A program made the translations under genes and the position numbers. The notes beneath the pieces are model-generated. The model was not told the DNA's origin, did not search any database, and worked only from the letters and a program-made list of their open reading frames with translations. DNA of 64,000 bases from Rhina ancylostomus (lineage: Eukaryota): assembly GCA_030265395.1 (NCBI GenBank), contig JARFYF010000017.1, positions 14,086,374 through 14,150,373 of the forward strand, given 5' to 3'. Each line of letters begins with the position of its first letter. The first letter of the stretch is position 1. Positions 25,200 to 39,419 of the stretch are shown here, one piece after another.

Positions 25200-26165
25200 G
25201 TACAAAGAACAGTACAACACAGGATAAGATAAGATAGCTTTATTAGTCACACGTACATTGAAGCACACAGTGAGATGCATCTTTTTGCGTGGAGTGTTCT
25301 GGGGGCAGCCCGCAAATGTTCCCACACTCCAGCCCACAATGTCTGCACCAAACATGATTCCGAATTTTACTAAATCTCTTCTGCCTGCACAAGGTCCACA
25401 TTCCTCCATTCCTTGTATATTCATGCATCTCATCAAAAGCCTCTTAAACTGTATTATCTTATCTGCTTCCACCACCACCCCTGGCAGCCCATTCCAGGCA
25501 CCCACCACTCTCTATGTAAAAGACCTTGCCCCACACATCTCCTTTAATTTTTTTTAAATTTTAAATTTTATCTTATTTTACAGCATGGTAACAGGCCCTT
25601 CCGGCCCAGCGAGTCCACGCCACCCATTTTTTTCTTAAACCCCATATTAACCTACCTGTACGTCTTTAGAATGTGGGAGGAAACCGGAACACCTGGAGGA
25701 AACCCACCCAGACATGGGAGAATGTACAAACTCCTTACAGACAGTGTCGGGAATCGAACCCCGATCCTTGCNNNNNNNNNNNNNNNNNNNNNNNNNNNNN
25801 NNNNNNNNNNNNNNNNNNNNNNNNNNNNNNNNNNNNNNNNNNNNNNNNNNNNNNNNNNNNNNNNNNNNNNNGGAATCGAACCCCGATCCTTGCCTTCCCT
25901 TACCTTAAGCTTTCCCTCTCTTACCTTAAATGCACGCCCTCCAGTATTTGATATTTATATCCTGGGAAAAAGATTCTGTCTACCCTATCTATGCCTCTCA
26001 TAATTTTATAAACTTCTATCAGGTCTTCCCTCAGCTTCAGACGCTCCAGAGAAAACAACCCCAGTTTGTCCAACCTCTCCTTATAACCCACACCCTCTAA
26101 TCCAGGCAGCATCCTGGTAAACCTCTGCTGTACCCTTTCCAAAGCCTCCACATCCTTCCTGTAAT
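25200..26165 (-). mobile_element. CR1 LINE fragment interrupted by two SINE-derived insertions (about 25223-25335 and 25548-25892)
   Basis: ALERVQQRFTRMLPGLEG...LFSLE peptide. The CR1 sequence resumes on both sides of the SINE segments. Confidence 0.8.
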
Positions 26166-27579
26166 GGACCTACTAGGTAGTTAGCAATGGGTAATAAATG
26201 CTGGTCTTGGCAGTGATATCCACAACCCACATATCAGCATAAATATAAAAGGCAAAGGCTGACTTCGAAAAATAAATCTTTAGTAGTGCCAATAATCCTG
26301 GCAGACTCTCCTGAATCTACACATAAAATATAGAGGTTATTAGCATCATGGCTAATATTAATTCCTCAAGTCAACATTATTTAAACATTCCTAAATGTTT
26401 TAGCTCTCTTTAAAGGGTTGAAGTCTCTTTAATTCTCTGTCCCATGCAAATCTGCCTTTTTTGTCCTTTTGGCTTTTTGCACTGTTCCAAATAGTGCAAC
26501 ATAAGCTTGAGGAACAGCCTCCAATTTAGCACAATACAGCTTCCCAGTCTCAATGCTGAAGTCAACAACTTCAGATGACGAGCTTCTCCAAACACTCACT
26601 GCTTTGGTATTGAGTGTATCCATCTGTGATAATTTCAGATAATGGGCTGAAAAGTACTCACCTTTTGCTAGCAGTTTGATACGAGTAAGGTGCTCCACAC
26701 AGACCAGCATATTCTGTACTTTTGGTGTCTGACCTTGGACTCATCACACAATCCAGGGCAGGTTCCTGATTATATCAAGCTGACAAGCCTGGTATGGATG
26801 ATGTTGAGTCCCTCACACATAAGACACTTATGGCTCTCATACTGAATTTGGCCCATTCTTTTGATCTTCATGGAAAATGTTAAATGAAGGGAGGTAGTTT
26901 TTTTTATTTTGATTGATATAAATGCTTCAAATTATTTTGCACAGATAACATTCATTATTAATTATTGTATTTTTTTAGATGTTTTGAAATTATTTTAATC
27001 TATTTTAATTGCTTTTAAGTGTCAATAATCACAGGGACATTTAGAAACAATAATAAGAGGCCTTTCACAGCACAAGCTATCATAAGGTAACTGTGGCCAT
27101 AGGAACAGAGTGCTCAAAATGAAGGTCAGATCAAGCACAATCTAGCCCACTGCTTCTGTTTCTTCCATTTGTGCCTCCTGCAGACCTACCTTAAGTTTCT
27201 TGCACTCTCTTTTTCCTTGCACTGTCATCCCCTTTTGATGTTTAATCTCACGCAATCAGACGAATCACACCTTCCCTTTTGTTCTTCCCTCCCCTTCCCC
27301 ATTCTCTCTCTGCATCTTATCACTGTCTTTTCCCAGTTCTCATGAAATATCATTATCTTCAAATGTTGGCTCCCTTCCTCCACAGGTGTTGCCTATCCAG
27401 CTAAACACTCCCAGCCTTCTTTGCTTTCATTTCTAAAACAGATGTTACGTACATATTTCTACTTGTGGGAGCTTATTGTGTGCAAAGTGACTGCCATGCC
27501 CCTTTACATAACAACATGTTTTACACTTCAAAATCGACTTATTTAGCTATAAAATGGTTCAGTATATTCTGAAAAGATA

Positions 27580-28085
27580 AATGTCATTCTCTACACTTCT
27601 TCCTTCCTGAGGCAGTTCCTCAGGTGAAGAGTGATTTACTTCCATTCCAGCTCGTTTTGTATGTGTTTCTGGGGTGGCTGATGATGCCTGTGTGTCATCC
27701 ACACTCTCGGGAACAGCTGAACGGGCAATAGGGTGAGTTGGTATGCTCCTTCCATCATTTATGCTGGGCTTCTGTGTACTCTCAGCAAAGAGGCTGGAGG
27801 TTCTCAAGGTCATTTCAGATGCTCCTCCATTTTGAACATTCATGGGGCGGGAATTCCCACAAGTCAGTGAGGACGTTACATGTTTTCAGGGAGGCTTTGA
27901 AAATATCCTTGAATTTGTTTCCCCTTTATTCTTCAGTAATCTCTTGTCATGATGGTGTAAGAGCAGTATGCTCATTTTGGGAGTCTGATGTTGAGTAATA
28001 ATTTGGTGGTGTGCGTAATATGGTTTGGCCATAGGAGCTGGCTGAGTATAATTAGAGGCTCAGTGCTGAGAATGTTGATCTGGAA
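27580..28085 (-). mobile_element. Degenerate RTE-type LINE 3' fragment
   Basis: Similar to the longer RTE remnant at 42-43.6 kb (decayed QLRWxGHV and DxLK regions). Confidence 0.55.
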
Positions 28086-28089
28086 GGTA

Positions 28090-28535
28090 TTGGTTTCTTA
28101 TTGTCACCTGTACCGAGGTACAGTGAAAAATTTGTCTTGCATACCGATTGTACAAGTAAATTCATTACGCAGTGCAGTTACATTGAGTTAGTACAGAGTG
28201 CATTGAGGTAGTACAGGTAAGAACAATAACAGTACTGAGTAAAGTGTCACAGCTACAGAGAAAGTGCAGTGCAATAAGGTGCAAAGTCACANNNNNNNNN
28301 NNNNNNNNNNNNNNNNNNNNNNGTGTCACAGCTACAGAGAAAGTGCAGTGCAATAAGGTGCAAAGTCACAACAAGGTAGATCGTGAGGTCAGAGTCCATA
28401 TCATATAAGGGAACCATTCAATAGTCTTATCACAATGAGGTAGAAGCTGTTCTTAAGTCTGATGATAGGTGCCCTCAAGCTCCTGTATCTTCTACCTGAT
28501 GGACGAGGAGAGAAGAGAGAATGACCCGGGTGGAA
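28090..28535 (-). mobile_element. Rex1/Babar-type LINE 3' fragment
   Basis: HPGHSLFSPRPSGRRYRSLRAPIIRLKNSFY...IRLLN peptide plus 3' UTR. Confidence 0.8.
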
Positions 28536-28684
28536 ACCGTTGTTGTTTCTCTGATCCGAACAGCATTGGTGGTACCTCTCCAGATGCCTGGTGTAGGTAA
28601 CCCACAACACTGAAGCATATATTAGTGCAGGGACATGATTTCTGGTAGACTATGAGCTTTTTATTGGATTTGAGGCCTTAGTTT

Positions 28685-29045
28685 AGAACATAGAACAGTA
28701 CAGCACAGGAACAGTCCCTTCAGCCTACGATGTTGTGCCAAACTAATTAAGTTAATGATGCCTAATTAAACTAATCCCTCTGCCTCCTTATGATTCATAT
28801 CTCCCCATTCTCTACAATATTCATGTCCCTATCTATGAGCCTCTTAAACACCTCATTGTATCTGCCTCCAGCACCACCCCTGCCAGTGCATTCCAAGCAC
28901 CCACCACTTTCAGTGTAAAAAAACTTGCCCTGCACAGCTCCTTTGAAATTTCCCCATCTCACCTTCTAGTATGCAACATTTCGACCCTAGGAAAAGAATG
29001 CCGGCTAGCTACTCTTATCTATGCCTTTCATAATTTTATAAACTT
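28685..29045 (-). mobile_element. CR1 LINE 3' end
   Basis: (agaacat)n tail followed by acagcacaggaacag-cccttcagcc and decayed RT C-terminus. Confidence 0.8.
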
Positions 29046-29474
29046 TTGAACACTCTTTTCATCAGATGGCCAATAGTTGTACTGGGCCATTGAAGACAAT
29101 AGCGAATTTCGTCCTCAATATCTGCATTCACAAAGAGGTGGTTCCTGCTCAATAGAAAGTGGACCATGTTTTCTTATATCTTGACATTAACCTTAATTGT
29201 CGGAGGGTTGTGTTGTGCTGCAGGGGCAGGTTGATAGAAGATTTTTGTGGGTGATTAGTGCACTTATAACATTGAGAGTAACTTTATTATCTGTAAAGTG
29301 ATAAGGTTGTTTCACTGAATGCATAACCTTATAGTCAGTGCATATCTTCCGTTTTTGAGGGTGAACTGAGTGGAAATGGAGAAGGTGTTTCCTCTTGTGG
29401 GATACTTTGGAATATAAAATCCTTTGAAGCTGTGGATTCCCATTTAAGTCAAATATGACGTGATTTTTCTTCTA

Positions 29475-29626
29475 ATTTTAATTTAATTTTATTTACAGCA
29501 TGGTAACAGGCCCTTCTGGCCCAACGAGTCCGCGCCGCCCATTTTAAACCCATGTTAACCTACCCGTACGTCTTTGGGATGTGGGAGGAAACCGGAGCAC
29601 CCGGAGGAAACCCACGCAGACACGGG
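29475..29626 (-). mobile_element. V-SINE with a CR1-type tail, running into a gap
   Basis: acagcatggtaacaggcccttctggcccaacgagtcc tail followed by the V-domain-like body. Confidence 0.8.
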
Positions 29627-30279
29627 NNNNNNNNNNNNNNNNNNNNNNNNNNNNNNNNNNNNNNNNNNNNNNNNNNNNNNNNNNNNNNNNNNNNNNNNNN
29701 NNNNNNNNNNNNNNNNNNNNNNNNNNATCACAGGATAGTGGAAGCAGTCTTAAAATATCTTTAAGGCAGAGGCACATAGACCCCTGATGAGGAAGGGAGT
29801 GAAAGGTTATTGTAGATTGATGGGAACATGAAAATTTATTTCCAATCAGACGAGCCACAATGTTATTGAATGGTGGAGCAGGCTTGGCTTACTCCAGCTC
29901 CTCATCCCAAGGTTTGTACGTACATACATTATGTCCAAAAACCCTTGGATCAGGCAATTCTCATACCTCCCCACCTCAATTGCTCAAATTTGGAGGTTAG
30001 CAGGATGGCAACATCCACCAGAGATTCTACAAGTTCCATATCCTTCAAGTTGGCAAGTATAAAAACATAGAAAAACTACGGCACAATTCAGGCCCTTCAG
30101 CCCACAAAGCTGTGCCGAATATAAAAGTATGCATCAGTTTCCTAGTTTGTATACTAATAGAAATGGACCAATCATTTCCATTTCAGGAATAAAAAGTTGC
30201 CATTCAAAAGCAAAGATTTGTTAAAAGAAAATCATTGCATCTGGGAAGCCCTGTTTTTCCTGTCCTATGGTAGAAATAG

Positions 30280-30725
30280 AGAGAGTGCAGAAGAGATTCA
30301 CCAGAATGCTGCCTGGAATGGAGGCTCTAGTTATAAGCAGAGATTGGATCGGCTGGGTTTATTCTCACTGGGACATAGGAGGATGAGGGGTGACCTTCTA
30401 GAGGTTTATAAAATGATGAGGGGAATAGATAGCATAGTCAGAGTCTTTCTCAAAAGGCAGGGGAGTCTAGAACTAGAGGCCACAGGTTTAAGGTGAGAGG
30501 TGACAGGTGGAGGGTAAGTTTTTCACACAGAGTGTGGTGGTTATCTGAAGAGCTGCCAGTGGAGGTAGGAGAGGCAGAAACAATTACAACACTTAAAAGG
30601 CATTTAGACAGATACTTGGATAAGAAGGGAGAGGGATATGGGCCTAATACAGGCATATGGGATTAGCATAGATTAACATGACAGTTGTCATGAAAGAGCC
30701 CATTCCTGTGCTGTATGATTCTATG
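30280..30725 (+). mobile_element. CR1 LINE 3' fragment
   Basis: SYKQRLDRLGLFSLGHRRMRGDLLEVYKMMRGID peptide. Confidence 0.85.
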
Positions 30726-32604
30726 GAATGGTTGGTATCATTGCAAAATTGTTTCATATCGTCTCCACCAGCACTCCTTTCCACCTTTTACCCCACACCC
30801 TGCAGATATCCACCCACCCAATTGCCCTTGTTGGAGATAATGCAGATACCTGATCCTTTTGCACTCACAGCGACAGGCACACTCACGGGCACAACTCCTC
30901 TGAACTTCTTCCACAGCAATGGCTTAATAGGAATTTCCACAGGCTTTGCAGTATTTAGAAACAGATGATTTCTAAATGGAGTAAATGTCACCAGATAGTA
31001 CACAGCAGAGTCCATTTCTCAGACATATGAGAAACAGACATTTTTTCATGTTTGTGTGGATGGAGTTGATGAGTCACGCAAGATCAGCATTCCAAAGACT
31101 GAAGAATGTAATTAATTTGTACCACAGAAATAAGATAGATGATTTCAAGGCTTTACGTCAAGCTGTTGTTCATCAGCTTGAATGAGAAAATGATTGAACT
31201 GGTTGATCCTGGAGTGCACGTGATGCAGAAGTTCAGTGCTGAGTGATATTACTAAATGAAAAAACAATGGTAAGATAATTTGAAAAGAAACATTAAAGAG
31301 TGATTTTCCTTACCTACTCATACCATGCCTAATGAAGTTAATTCTTGCAAAGATAATAGTTGAAAACACATTTAAGTAGTTGAAGGAAAGATGGAAACAA
31401 TTAGCTAGAGAAATTTAATATGGTATTATTTGCATGCAAAGTTTAATTGCTACCTGCTGCAAAGTGTGCAATTTGAGGATAGACAAGCTCCAGGTTCTCA
31501 CTCCACAATAATATGCTCAATTATTTTTATACCCGTGCACCAAGTGCCATTCTAAAGAAGGGATGCATGTGATGGGGAATTGGGAAAGTTGCTGGGATGC
31601 TAGATGATGCCAATTTAGGTGCACTAGTTATTTAAGCCAATGTTATGGAAGGCTGGATTTCTGTTGTCACTGGTATTCCAAAGTCAAGTCCAGAGGCACA
31701 GGCCAACTTTGAAGTAGACTAGGTTGTGCTGTCCAAGGTGTACTAAGTCATGAATAGAGTCCTCCTGAGACTGTCTACCACACCTGCACTTTGCACATAT
31801 GAGTAAAAACCCCTCTGAATGGATTTGTCCTGATTTTTCCTTTTTGGTTGTTTTTCCATGGAGCTGCTGCCTCTTGTTGGTCATGTGACACTGGGTCAGT
31901 TAGAGCAGCAGGTGATCATAATCTTGTAGATGTCTCCCTGCAGTTATACAGGGCCTTGGTGTGGCCCTGCCTGAAGTATTGTGTGCGAATTTGGTCTCCT
32001 TACCCAAGAAGCAACTGACCTGTCCGAGATAGAGTACAAGAGAGATTCAGCAGCTTAATGGGAAGGTGGAATTGTCGCATGTGGAGTCCTCTATTCTTCA
32101 GAGTTTAGAAGAATGAAATGTGACCTCAATGATTGGTGGTTCCTGGGCTGAGGAGTATTGAACTAACAGTCACAGTTTTAAATTAAGTGGTTGGTCATTT
32201 AGGTCTGAAGTAAGAAGTTTCTTCATACAAATAGAGATTCACCTTTGAAATTCTCTGGAGAGATGAGCTGCCAAGTGATAATAGAAGGATCCAGGTGAGG
32301 AGGGGTTGATTGGCAGATGGGTTCATTATCCTCTCTTGCTACCTTCACCCTTCCCTCCCCCACCTGACCATCTGCCAATCAACCCACCTCACCTGGATCC
32401 ACCTATTGTTTGCCAGCTCTTGCTCCTCCCCTCCCCCTCACCTTTTTTTTATATTGGCCATCTCCCCTCTACTCTTTTCAGTGCAGGTGAAGGGTCCTGG
32501 CCCCAAACGCCAATTTGTCCATTTCCCTCCACAGATGCTGCCTGACCCAATGAGTTCCTCCAGCAAATCAATTTTTGCTCCAGTCCCCTGTGCCTCCAGC
32601 CAAT

Positions 32605-32905
32605 GAAGTATTCTTGAAGTCGCTGCTGTAATAGAGGCAATGTGGCTGCCAACCTCCTCACAGCAAGTTCCCACATGTGGCAAAGAGATAATGAGCAAAT
32701 CATCTTAGAAAAATTGTTTGAGGAATAAATTTTGTCCAAGACACAAAGGAATGCTTCTTCTTTATTAATATTTTACCATTTGACCTTTTGCATCAATTTG
32801 TGAAGTCCAATTTCATTCAAAAGGGAGCATCTCTGACAGCACTGAATTCTCAAAGGGTTGCATCTTCTGATTCAGAGAACAAGGATGTTGCCAACTGAGC
32901 CACAG
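32605..32905 (-). mobile_element. Old SINE, SacSINE1/Deu-domain-like
   Basis: ttctgattcagag...ccaactgagccacag head and agcatctctgacagc core. Related fragments occur near 10150-10285 and 35330-35510. Confidence 0.5.
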
Positions 32906-35027
32906 TGAACGCTCAGCCCTGGGAATACCACACATATAAATGACACCAGCAGGAAATTTTGTCCCCAGGGTTCAATATCCAAGTGCTTTGTGCATCACTC
33001 TGTAATCCTTTCATCATAATGTGCTTGGCCTTCAGGATAGGGAAACCAAATGTGTACAAATAGTGTTAGCCTAGTGACTACCAGAAAAGGAATGTTTAAG
33101 CTAAGGACTTGTTTCTTTCAAGAAGTTAGCTTGTCAAAAGATTCCTTCAGTATGTCTATATCTCAGTGCCAAGTATCCATTTTCCCCTTTTCTATGTTAG
33201 GATCATTTCATAATTTAGTAATAGATTATCCCATTTGCAAAAATTAAAATTATAGAGCATTTTGCAGATTTAGAGTATTGGCCTTGAAAGTATTATTTTG
33301 GTTCCAGTACATTTCAGCCTTAAAAGTGGAACTTCTTTTCAATGTTAAAATTAAATTTGGAAGAAAAACTACAAATGAGTTGAAGATATCTAACCTCCTT
33401 CAGCTAGCTGTGTGTTATATTTGGCTGCTAGTTATAACAGCTGATGTTGCACATTTATTACTTACCCATGGCAGACTTTCAAATAACACAGAAAGTAACC
33501 TGATAAAAGCCAATGTCAAGTTGTTTATAATGATGAGATTCAATGGGGATTATCTAATCGCTGAACCAAAGTAAGAAGTTCAAGCAAATTTGTTGACTTC
33601 TAAACACATTGCTTATTTAATAAACTAACTTCATTTTGTTTGTAATGCTTCGCTCTGCTGTAATAGTAGATGACATATCATACATATATTTTATTGGTGG
33701 GGGAATATGCTTCACAAAGAAATAGTGCACACATTTGGTAAAATAACAGTCTTTTTTCTCATAAACTAATCATGTTGGTAATGTGGTATACAGCTGTCTT
33801 TTCACCTTTGTAATCTCATCATCTGAATTTTTATTCATTTTAAAAATTCATCCATGTAGTGTGACATTTCAGGCTTGACCAGCATTTATAGTCCATCCAA
33901 AGTTACCATTGAGGAAGTTAAAAGCAAGGAGTTACAAATCAACTAAACCAGGTATAGGAAGCAGATTTCCTTCACTGAGGGATACCAGTGAACTAGATGG
34001 GATTTTACAAGTTAATTGCCACCACTAATGTTTTAATTCCAGAATTATTTCATTTATTGAAGTTAACTTTCTTAACTGCCATGGTGGGAATCAAACTCAT
34101 ATTTCCGGTCATTAGTCCAAGACTTAGAAATTATCTAGTAACTTAACTACAATGTTACTATACCTCCTAATAAAACCCTCTCTTCTCAGTTATATTACAC
34201 CAAATAAATGTTCAAATGACAGCTGGCATCTTTATCCTAAAAGCCTCTAAATTAAAAGTGACCACAAAAATTTACAAGAAATTATAATTTGGCTCCAATG
34301 CCTGTGCTACATCCTCCATAATGAGCATACCAGATGGCTGAATGTAGTGCAACTTATTGAACTTAATTTGGTTATTACTCACTTATAAACTGGAAGCAGG
34401 AGTTTTATAAAGCCAAATCTGTATGCATTCTGGTAAAATTATATCAAATCAAAAACATATCTGCCACTCTTTGATATGTAGCAGTTTAAGTCAAAGGAGG
34501 GAACTTTGGATAAGCTAATCATGGATCTGGCTCCAAGAGTAAAAATTAGTTGTATAACCTGTTGAGAAAAAAAGAATAAATGAAGACATCCCAGTCATTT
34601 ACACACACGAGTGCAGTGTGGTCACACCAATAATTGACAAGGAGCAAAACAGTTAAACTGTTGGTGATGAAGGTCAAAGACTTAACCTTGTCTGATACTG
34701 GAAGTATTCTGCTTTCTTTTGAATAATTCCATAACATAGTTGATGATCTCACTTTAGTAACTCAATCGAAATACAGCCTCTTCTGTCAATAGGGCAGTCA
34801 CTCATTATGGCACTGAAATGCCAGAATGGCCCATGTTAAATACTCAAAGGCGGCAAACTACACAATCTTTGGTAGCATTAAAGGTTTGGTGTTGAGCACT
34901 GTAGTGTGTAAATAATTATGGCATTTTGAAGTTGGGAGGCTGAAATAAAGATGGGGAATGGCAGCTTGTCAATTCCTATAAGTGCAAGTGTATATGAGTA
35001 ATGCAAATTTGATTCTCAAGATCATTC

Positions 35028-35148
35028 TGTCACAATGTTGATCCAGAGCAAACTCAGAGAACCCAAATGCAGCACACCGGTACAAGACTGGAGTCAGGAT
35101 ACTTCCTCAGGACAAACACAGGCAGTAACTGGAAGGAATCTTGCCTCA
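35028..35148 (-). mobile_element. Solo-LTR-like element, copy 1 (other end lost in a gap)
   Basis: Starts tgtcacaatgttgatccag and is highly similar to the copies at 41409 and 48550. Confidence 0.7.
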
Positions 35149-37489
35149 NNNNNNNNNNNNNNNNNNNNNNNNNNNNNNNNNNNNNNNNNNNNNNNNNNNN
35201 NNNNNNNNNNNNNNNNNNNNNNNNNNNNNNNNNNNNNNNNNNNNNNNNNNNNNNNNNNNNNNNNNNNNNNNNNNNNNNNNNNNNNNNNNNNNNNNNNNNN
35301 NNNNNNNNNNNNNNNNNNNNNNCAGGACAGTGAAAAGAATTCTCCTATGCTTCTTTGAAATAGTGCCTTGGATCTTTGACATCCTTCTCAGAGAGTAAAT
35401 GGAGATTCTGTTCAACATCTCATCTTTTCTGACTCAGTGAGTGTTTTAGCCCAGATTTTTGTACCCATTTGTCTGAAGCAAGCCTTGAACCACAACCTTC
35501 TGACTCAGAGTATTGTACGCAATATACTGTTCTATAATGTAATTTATTTAATTGCAGTGATAAATTAATTGATATAACTTTGGTGGCATTGGACAGAAAT
35601 TAATTTTCCATCTGAAAAGAACAGTATAAAATTTCACTCTTTTTTAAAAAAAGTCTAGTACATAGTAGAAGATCCACTAGGTGGTGAATAAAAAGGTGTT
35701 ATTCAGTAATTTGCTAAAAATCACTTGGTTATCATATCCCATAAACAAATACAAATAAGGCCAGGCAATTTTATATTTGGATTTGGATTCAGTCAGAATC
35801 TCTAGTGATTACAGTTAAGCCAGCTGATTTCTCCTGGCTACTTTGCTACTTATTGAACTAACCAAATAAAAATGAAAGGAGAAGATATTTGTTTTTAAGA
35901 AGTCTCTCTCACACAGAATAGATACAGACTCTGCAACTATGAGTCTCCTCTCTTGTTCACACTGGGTAAACACTTGGCCTCCCCTATACAGGCCTGATGC
36001 CTTTTAAGAAGTTGGGTCTGTTCCAGAGATTCCTGGGGACAGCTAGCAGCAATATAGCTAAGGAGTTAGCAGGCAGTTTATATTTTGATATAATTTTACT
36101 TTCCTTGTGAACTTTCTAACTGTATTACCTCAATATTACTGAAGTCTTAGGATCCCCCATAATCTTTCCCTTCTCCTCACCCAATTATGTATCTCAAGTT
36201 GGTAACCACTGCTCCAGAACACACAGCTTATTTAAATAAAATGTAGCAATGGATTGGTCATTTGATGTACAAAGGATTAGAGACCTGTTAGATAAGGAGC
36301 ATTTCAAGCATGGAAAAAAATTATTGTTAGACCAAGAATTTTCAGCAATTGAAATTAATTCCAAGCTTAAAAAGCATGTAGTTGCATTTGATAACCAATA
36401 GGTATATCCTTTTGAAAGGAGGGTATTAAGTAATGAAGTACAAGAACTTTTAGCATTAATATATATGCTACTACGCTGAAAACTAGTAAACTGGAAAAAG
36501 ATTCACTCTCAAAACTGAAAGAAACTCTATTTGTTTAATAACAGACTTTCTCCCTGGATGAGTTCTCTACAGAGTCTTTCATCATTAATCCTACTTCTCA
36601 CTTTTCAACAGATACTTTAAATTATTCCTTTCAAATTGAAATTCATCCTTCCACCATGTGGTCAAACCTTGTGTCAATAATGTTTTTTTTTAAATAAAGT
36701 ACATAAAAAAGCTCTTGTGGACTGCATGAATTCAAAGCCAATTCTGGGTGGATTGCAATATTTTAGCCACTTTGGCATCAGGATGACAGAAATTCATGTC
36801 ACAAAATACACATTAAGCAAAGTATACTTTTTATAAAATCAACATGTTTTTAGTAAACTCCACTTGGATGCTTGATCTTAAAAGTATTACTGTGAAGCAC
36901 CAGCCCTTAATAGGACTGAATGGATTTATTTTTAGTTTTGACTTATCAAAGAGACTTGCTCAGTGAATTGTAATATTAAATGGTGATTACACGTTGGCAG
37001 GAATGTCAGAAAAGGTTATATGTAAGCTCTGTTCCCTTACAGCAGAATGAGGAAAGGGATTACTGATTGAAACTCATTTGTTCCACTTGCAATTGCTACT
37101 GAGGGAAAACATTGTCTTCATCATGAAGAAGGGTAAAGCACAGTAAGCACAATTAATGGATAACCAATATGTCCAGATCACATAATAGTTGGCTAGCTTC
37201 AGTGCATTTTTAGTGAATGAGCCTTCAGAAGCGAGCATGACAGCTTGTTTTAAAATAAAACAATCCTGGCATGGCATGTAAAGAGAGAAAAGAAAGAACC
37301 AGCTTTAGCTACAGAAAAACGTTTCTGTACATCTTCTTATATTTTGTTTCAATAATTTGTCATTTAGTCTGAAAACAAACGTTTGGGTAGAGACCAAAAC
37401 CACTGAAATCAAGTCGAAATATTCTGTATGATGTGTACAACATTTTGCTTGATAAGCAGATCCTGTTGAATTAGTAACTACTTAAATTC

Positions 37490-38070
37490 ACAAATATCTA
37501 TCCTGGGCCCAACACATTGATGCAATCACAAAGAAGACATGCCAGCTGCTCTAATTCATTGGAGTTTGAGGAGATTTGGTATGTCACCAAAGACTCTTGC
37601 AAATTTATCTAAATGGTAGAGAGCATCCTGACTGATTGCATCACTGCCTGGTATGGAGGCTCCAATGTGCAGGATCGAAGGAGGCTGCAAAGGGCTGTAG
37701 ACTCAGCCATCTCCATCATGGGCACAAGCCTCCCCACCATCCAGAACATCTCCAAGAGACAGTGCCTCATGGAGGCATCATCCATCATTAAGGACCCTCG
37801 CCACTCAGGACATGCCCTCTTCATGTTACTACCATCAGAGAGGAGGTACAGGAGCCTGAGGACCAACACTCAATGTTTCAGGAACAGTTTCTTTCCCTCC
37901 GCCATCAAAGTTCTGAATGGTCCATGAAGACTACCTCTTTATTCCTCTTTTGCACTATGTATTTAACTATTTTTGGTAACTTCTAGTAATTTTTATGTCT
38001 AGCACTGTACTGCTGCCAAAAAACAACAAATTTCATGATGTACATCAGTGATAATAAACCTGATTCTGAA
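37490..38070 (+). mobile_element. Rex1/Babar-type LINE 3' fragment
   Basis: VESILTDCITAWYGG...IIKDPRHSGHALFMLLPSERRYRSL...FRNSFFPSAIKVLN; tail ataataaacctgattctga. Confidence 0.85.
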
Positions 38071-39419
38071 ATAGCCTGTCATATTTTATAAGGCATTTTT
38101 GAAGATCATTGTTTGGTAACTGACTTGGATATCAACCAATGTTTCAATTATTGAGATCATGTAACATCAAAGTTTCTAAATGGCACTAAAAACAGAAATT
38201 TAGTTAACAGTCAAGAATATAATAACAGAGCATAGGCAGAACGTGAAACATAGAGAGACTTGCCAGAAAAAATTCGACACAGTTGCCCAGAACTTGCTGA
38301 GTCTGTCTCATCATTTGCACTTGCCACTGAGCTGTATATAAGTCACACTTGATTTGTCCCCCAGAAAGCTAATGTTCCTGAAAGGTGAACCCAGATCTAG
38401 GATAACAAGGCCAGATCTTTTGCATGTAACTGCTGTTATGTACAGCTCCTGACCATGAAATGACTAAAGGCAACTGACAGCTAGCAAAGTCACACCAACA
38501 CTGCCTGTATAAGCTGGGGGTTTTTTGATATTCATAAACTACTAACAATCTGGTAAAAATGAATAATTTTTTTAAAAGATTTCTCTTCATACCCCTACAG
38601 ATGCTTCTATGTTGAGTCACTTCTGAGGAAGCCACTGAAAGCAAAACAACATAATTTGCTTTATGTAAAAAAAAGTACCTTTATTAGTACTGGCTTGAAT
38701 AAATTACTGGCTCTCCTCCAGTATCACAGAGAGTGAATGACAGTAAATGCTAAGACATATGCTGTAGAGATATCCAGAAAGCCAAGGATTACATCATGGT
38801 AGGCACAGATTAGGTGTACCCCAAAGCTCTTTGTACACCGTTCTAAGAAGGTGCCAAGAAATAGGAAATAAATGCATGGCTTTCCAAAGATGGGAAATAA
38901 ATAATTATGAAAAAAAAGTAACCTCAGAGAGTTTCTTCTTACAGCTTAGACCAGTTTTTTTCTATTTTATGTTGTCCACTGTCCACTTGCCTGAATGAAT
39001 TGTTCAACAGCACTCAAGATGCTTGCTGCTTTTCAAAAGAAACTGCGCTGAATATTCACTCCCTGCATCACCACACCACTGTGGCAATGGACTGTTGTGG
39101 TTCAAAACACAGCTCACCACCGCCAGCTGAGGGATGATTAGGGATGGCAATAAATTCTGGTCATGCCAGTGACACCGACATCTCATAAATAAATTTAAAA
39201 CAAAATCTCACACAAGCTGTCCTCCTGCTCTAAGTGTGACCAACAATTTGTAGTCAGTTTTGTGCTTAGGCCTTTGGCCTTAAAATTGAAAGGGGACTGT
39301 TCACGTTGTTCTGTTCCAGAGCATTTCATTGTTTCACAGAAGAGTATTTCATTCCATCAATTTGAGGCTATGTCAATCCCAGGTGGAATGACAGCTGTAC
39401 TAACTGCCACCGCTACCAA

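Noticed and set aside
28244-28370. Direct repeats flanking N gaps
   Set aside because: Probably assembly overlap artefacts or local duplications within a LINE, not an array or CRISPR-like structure.
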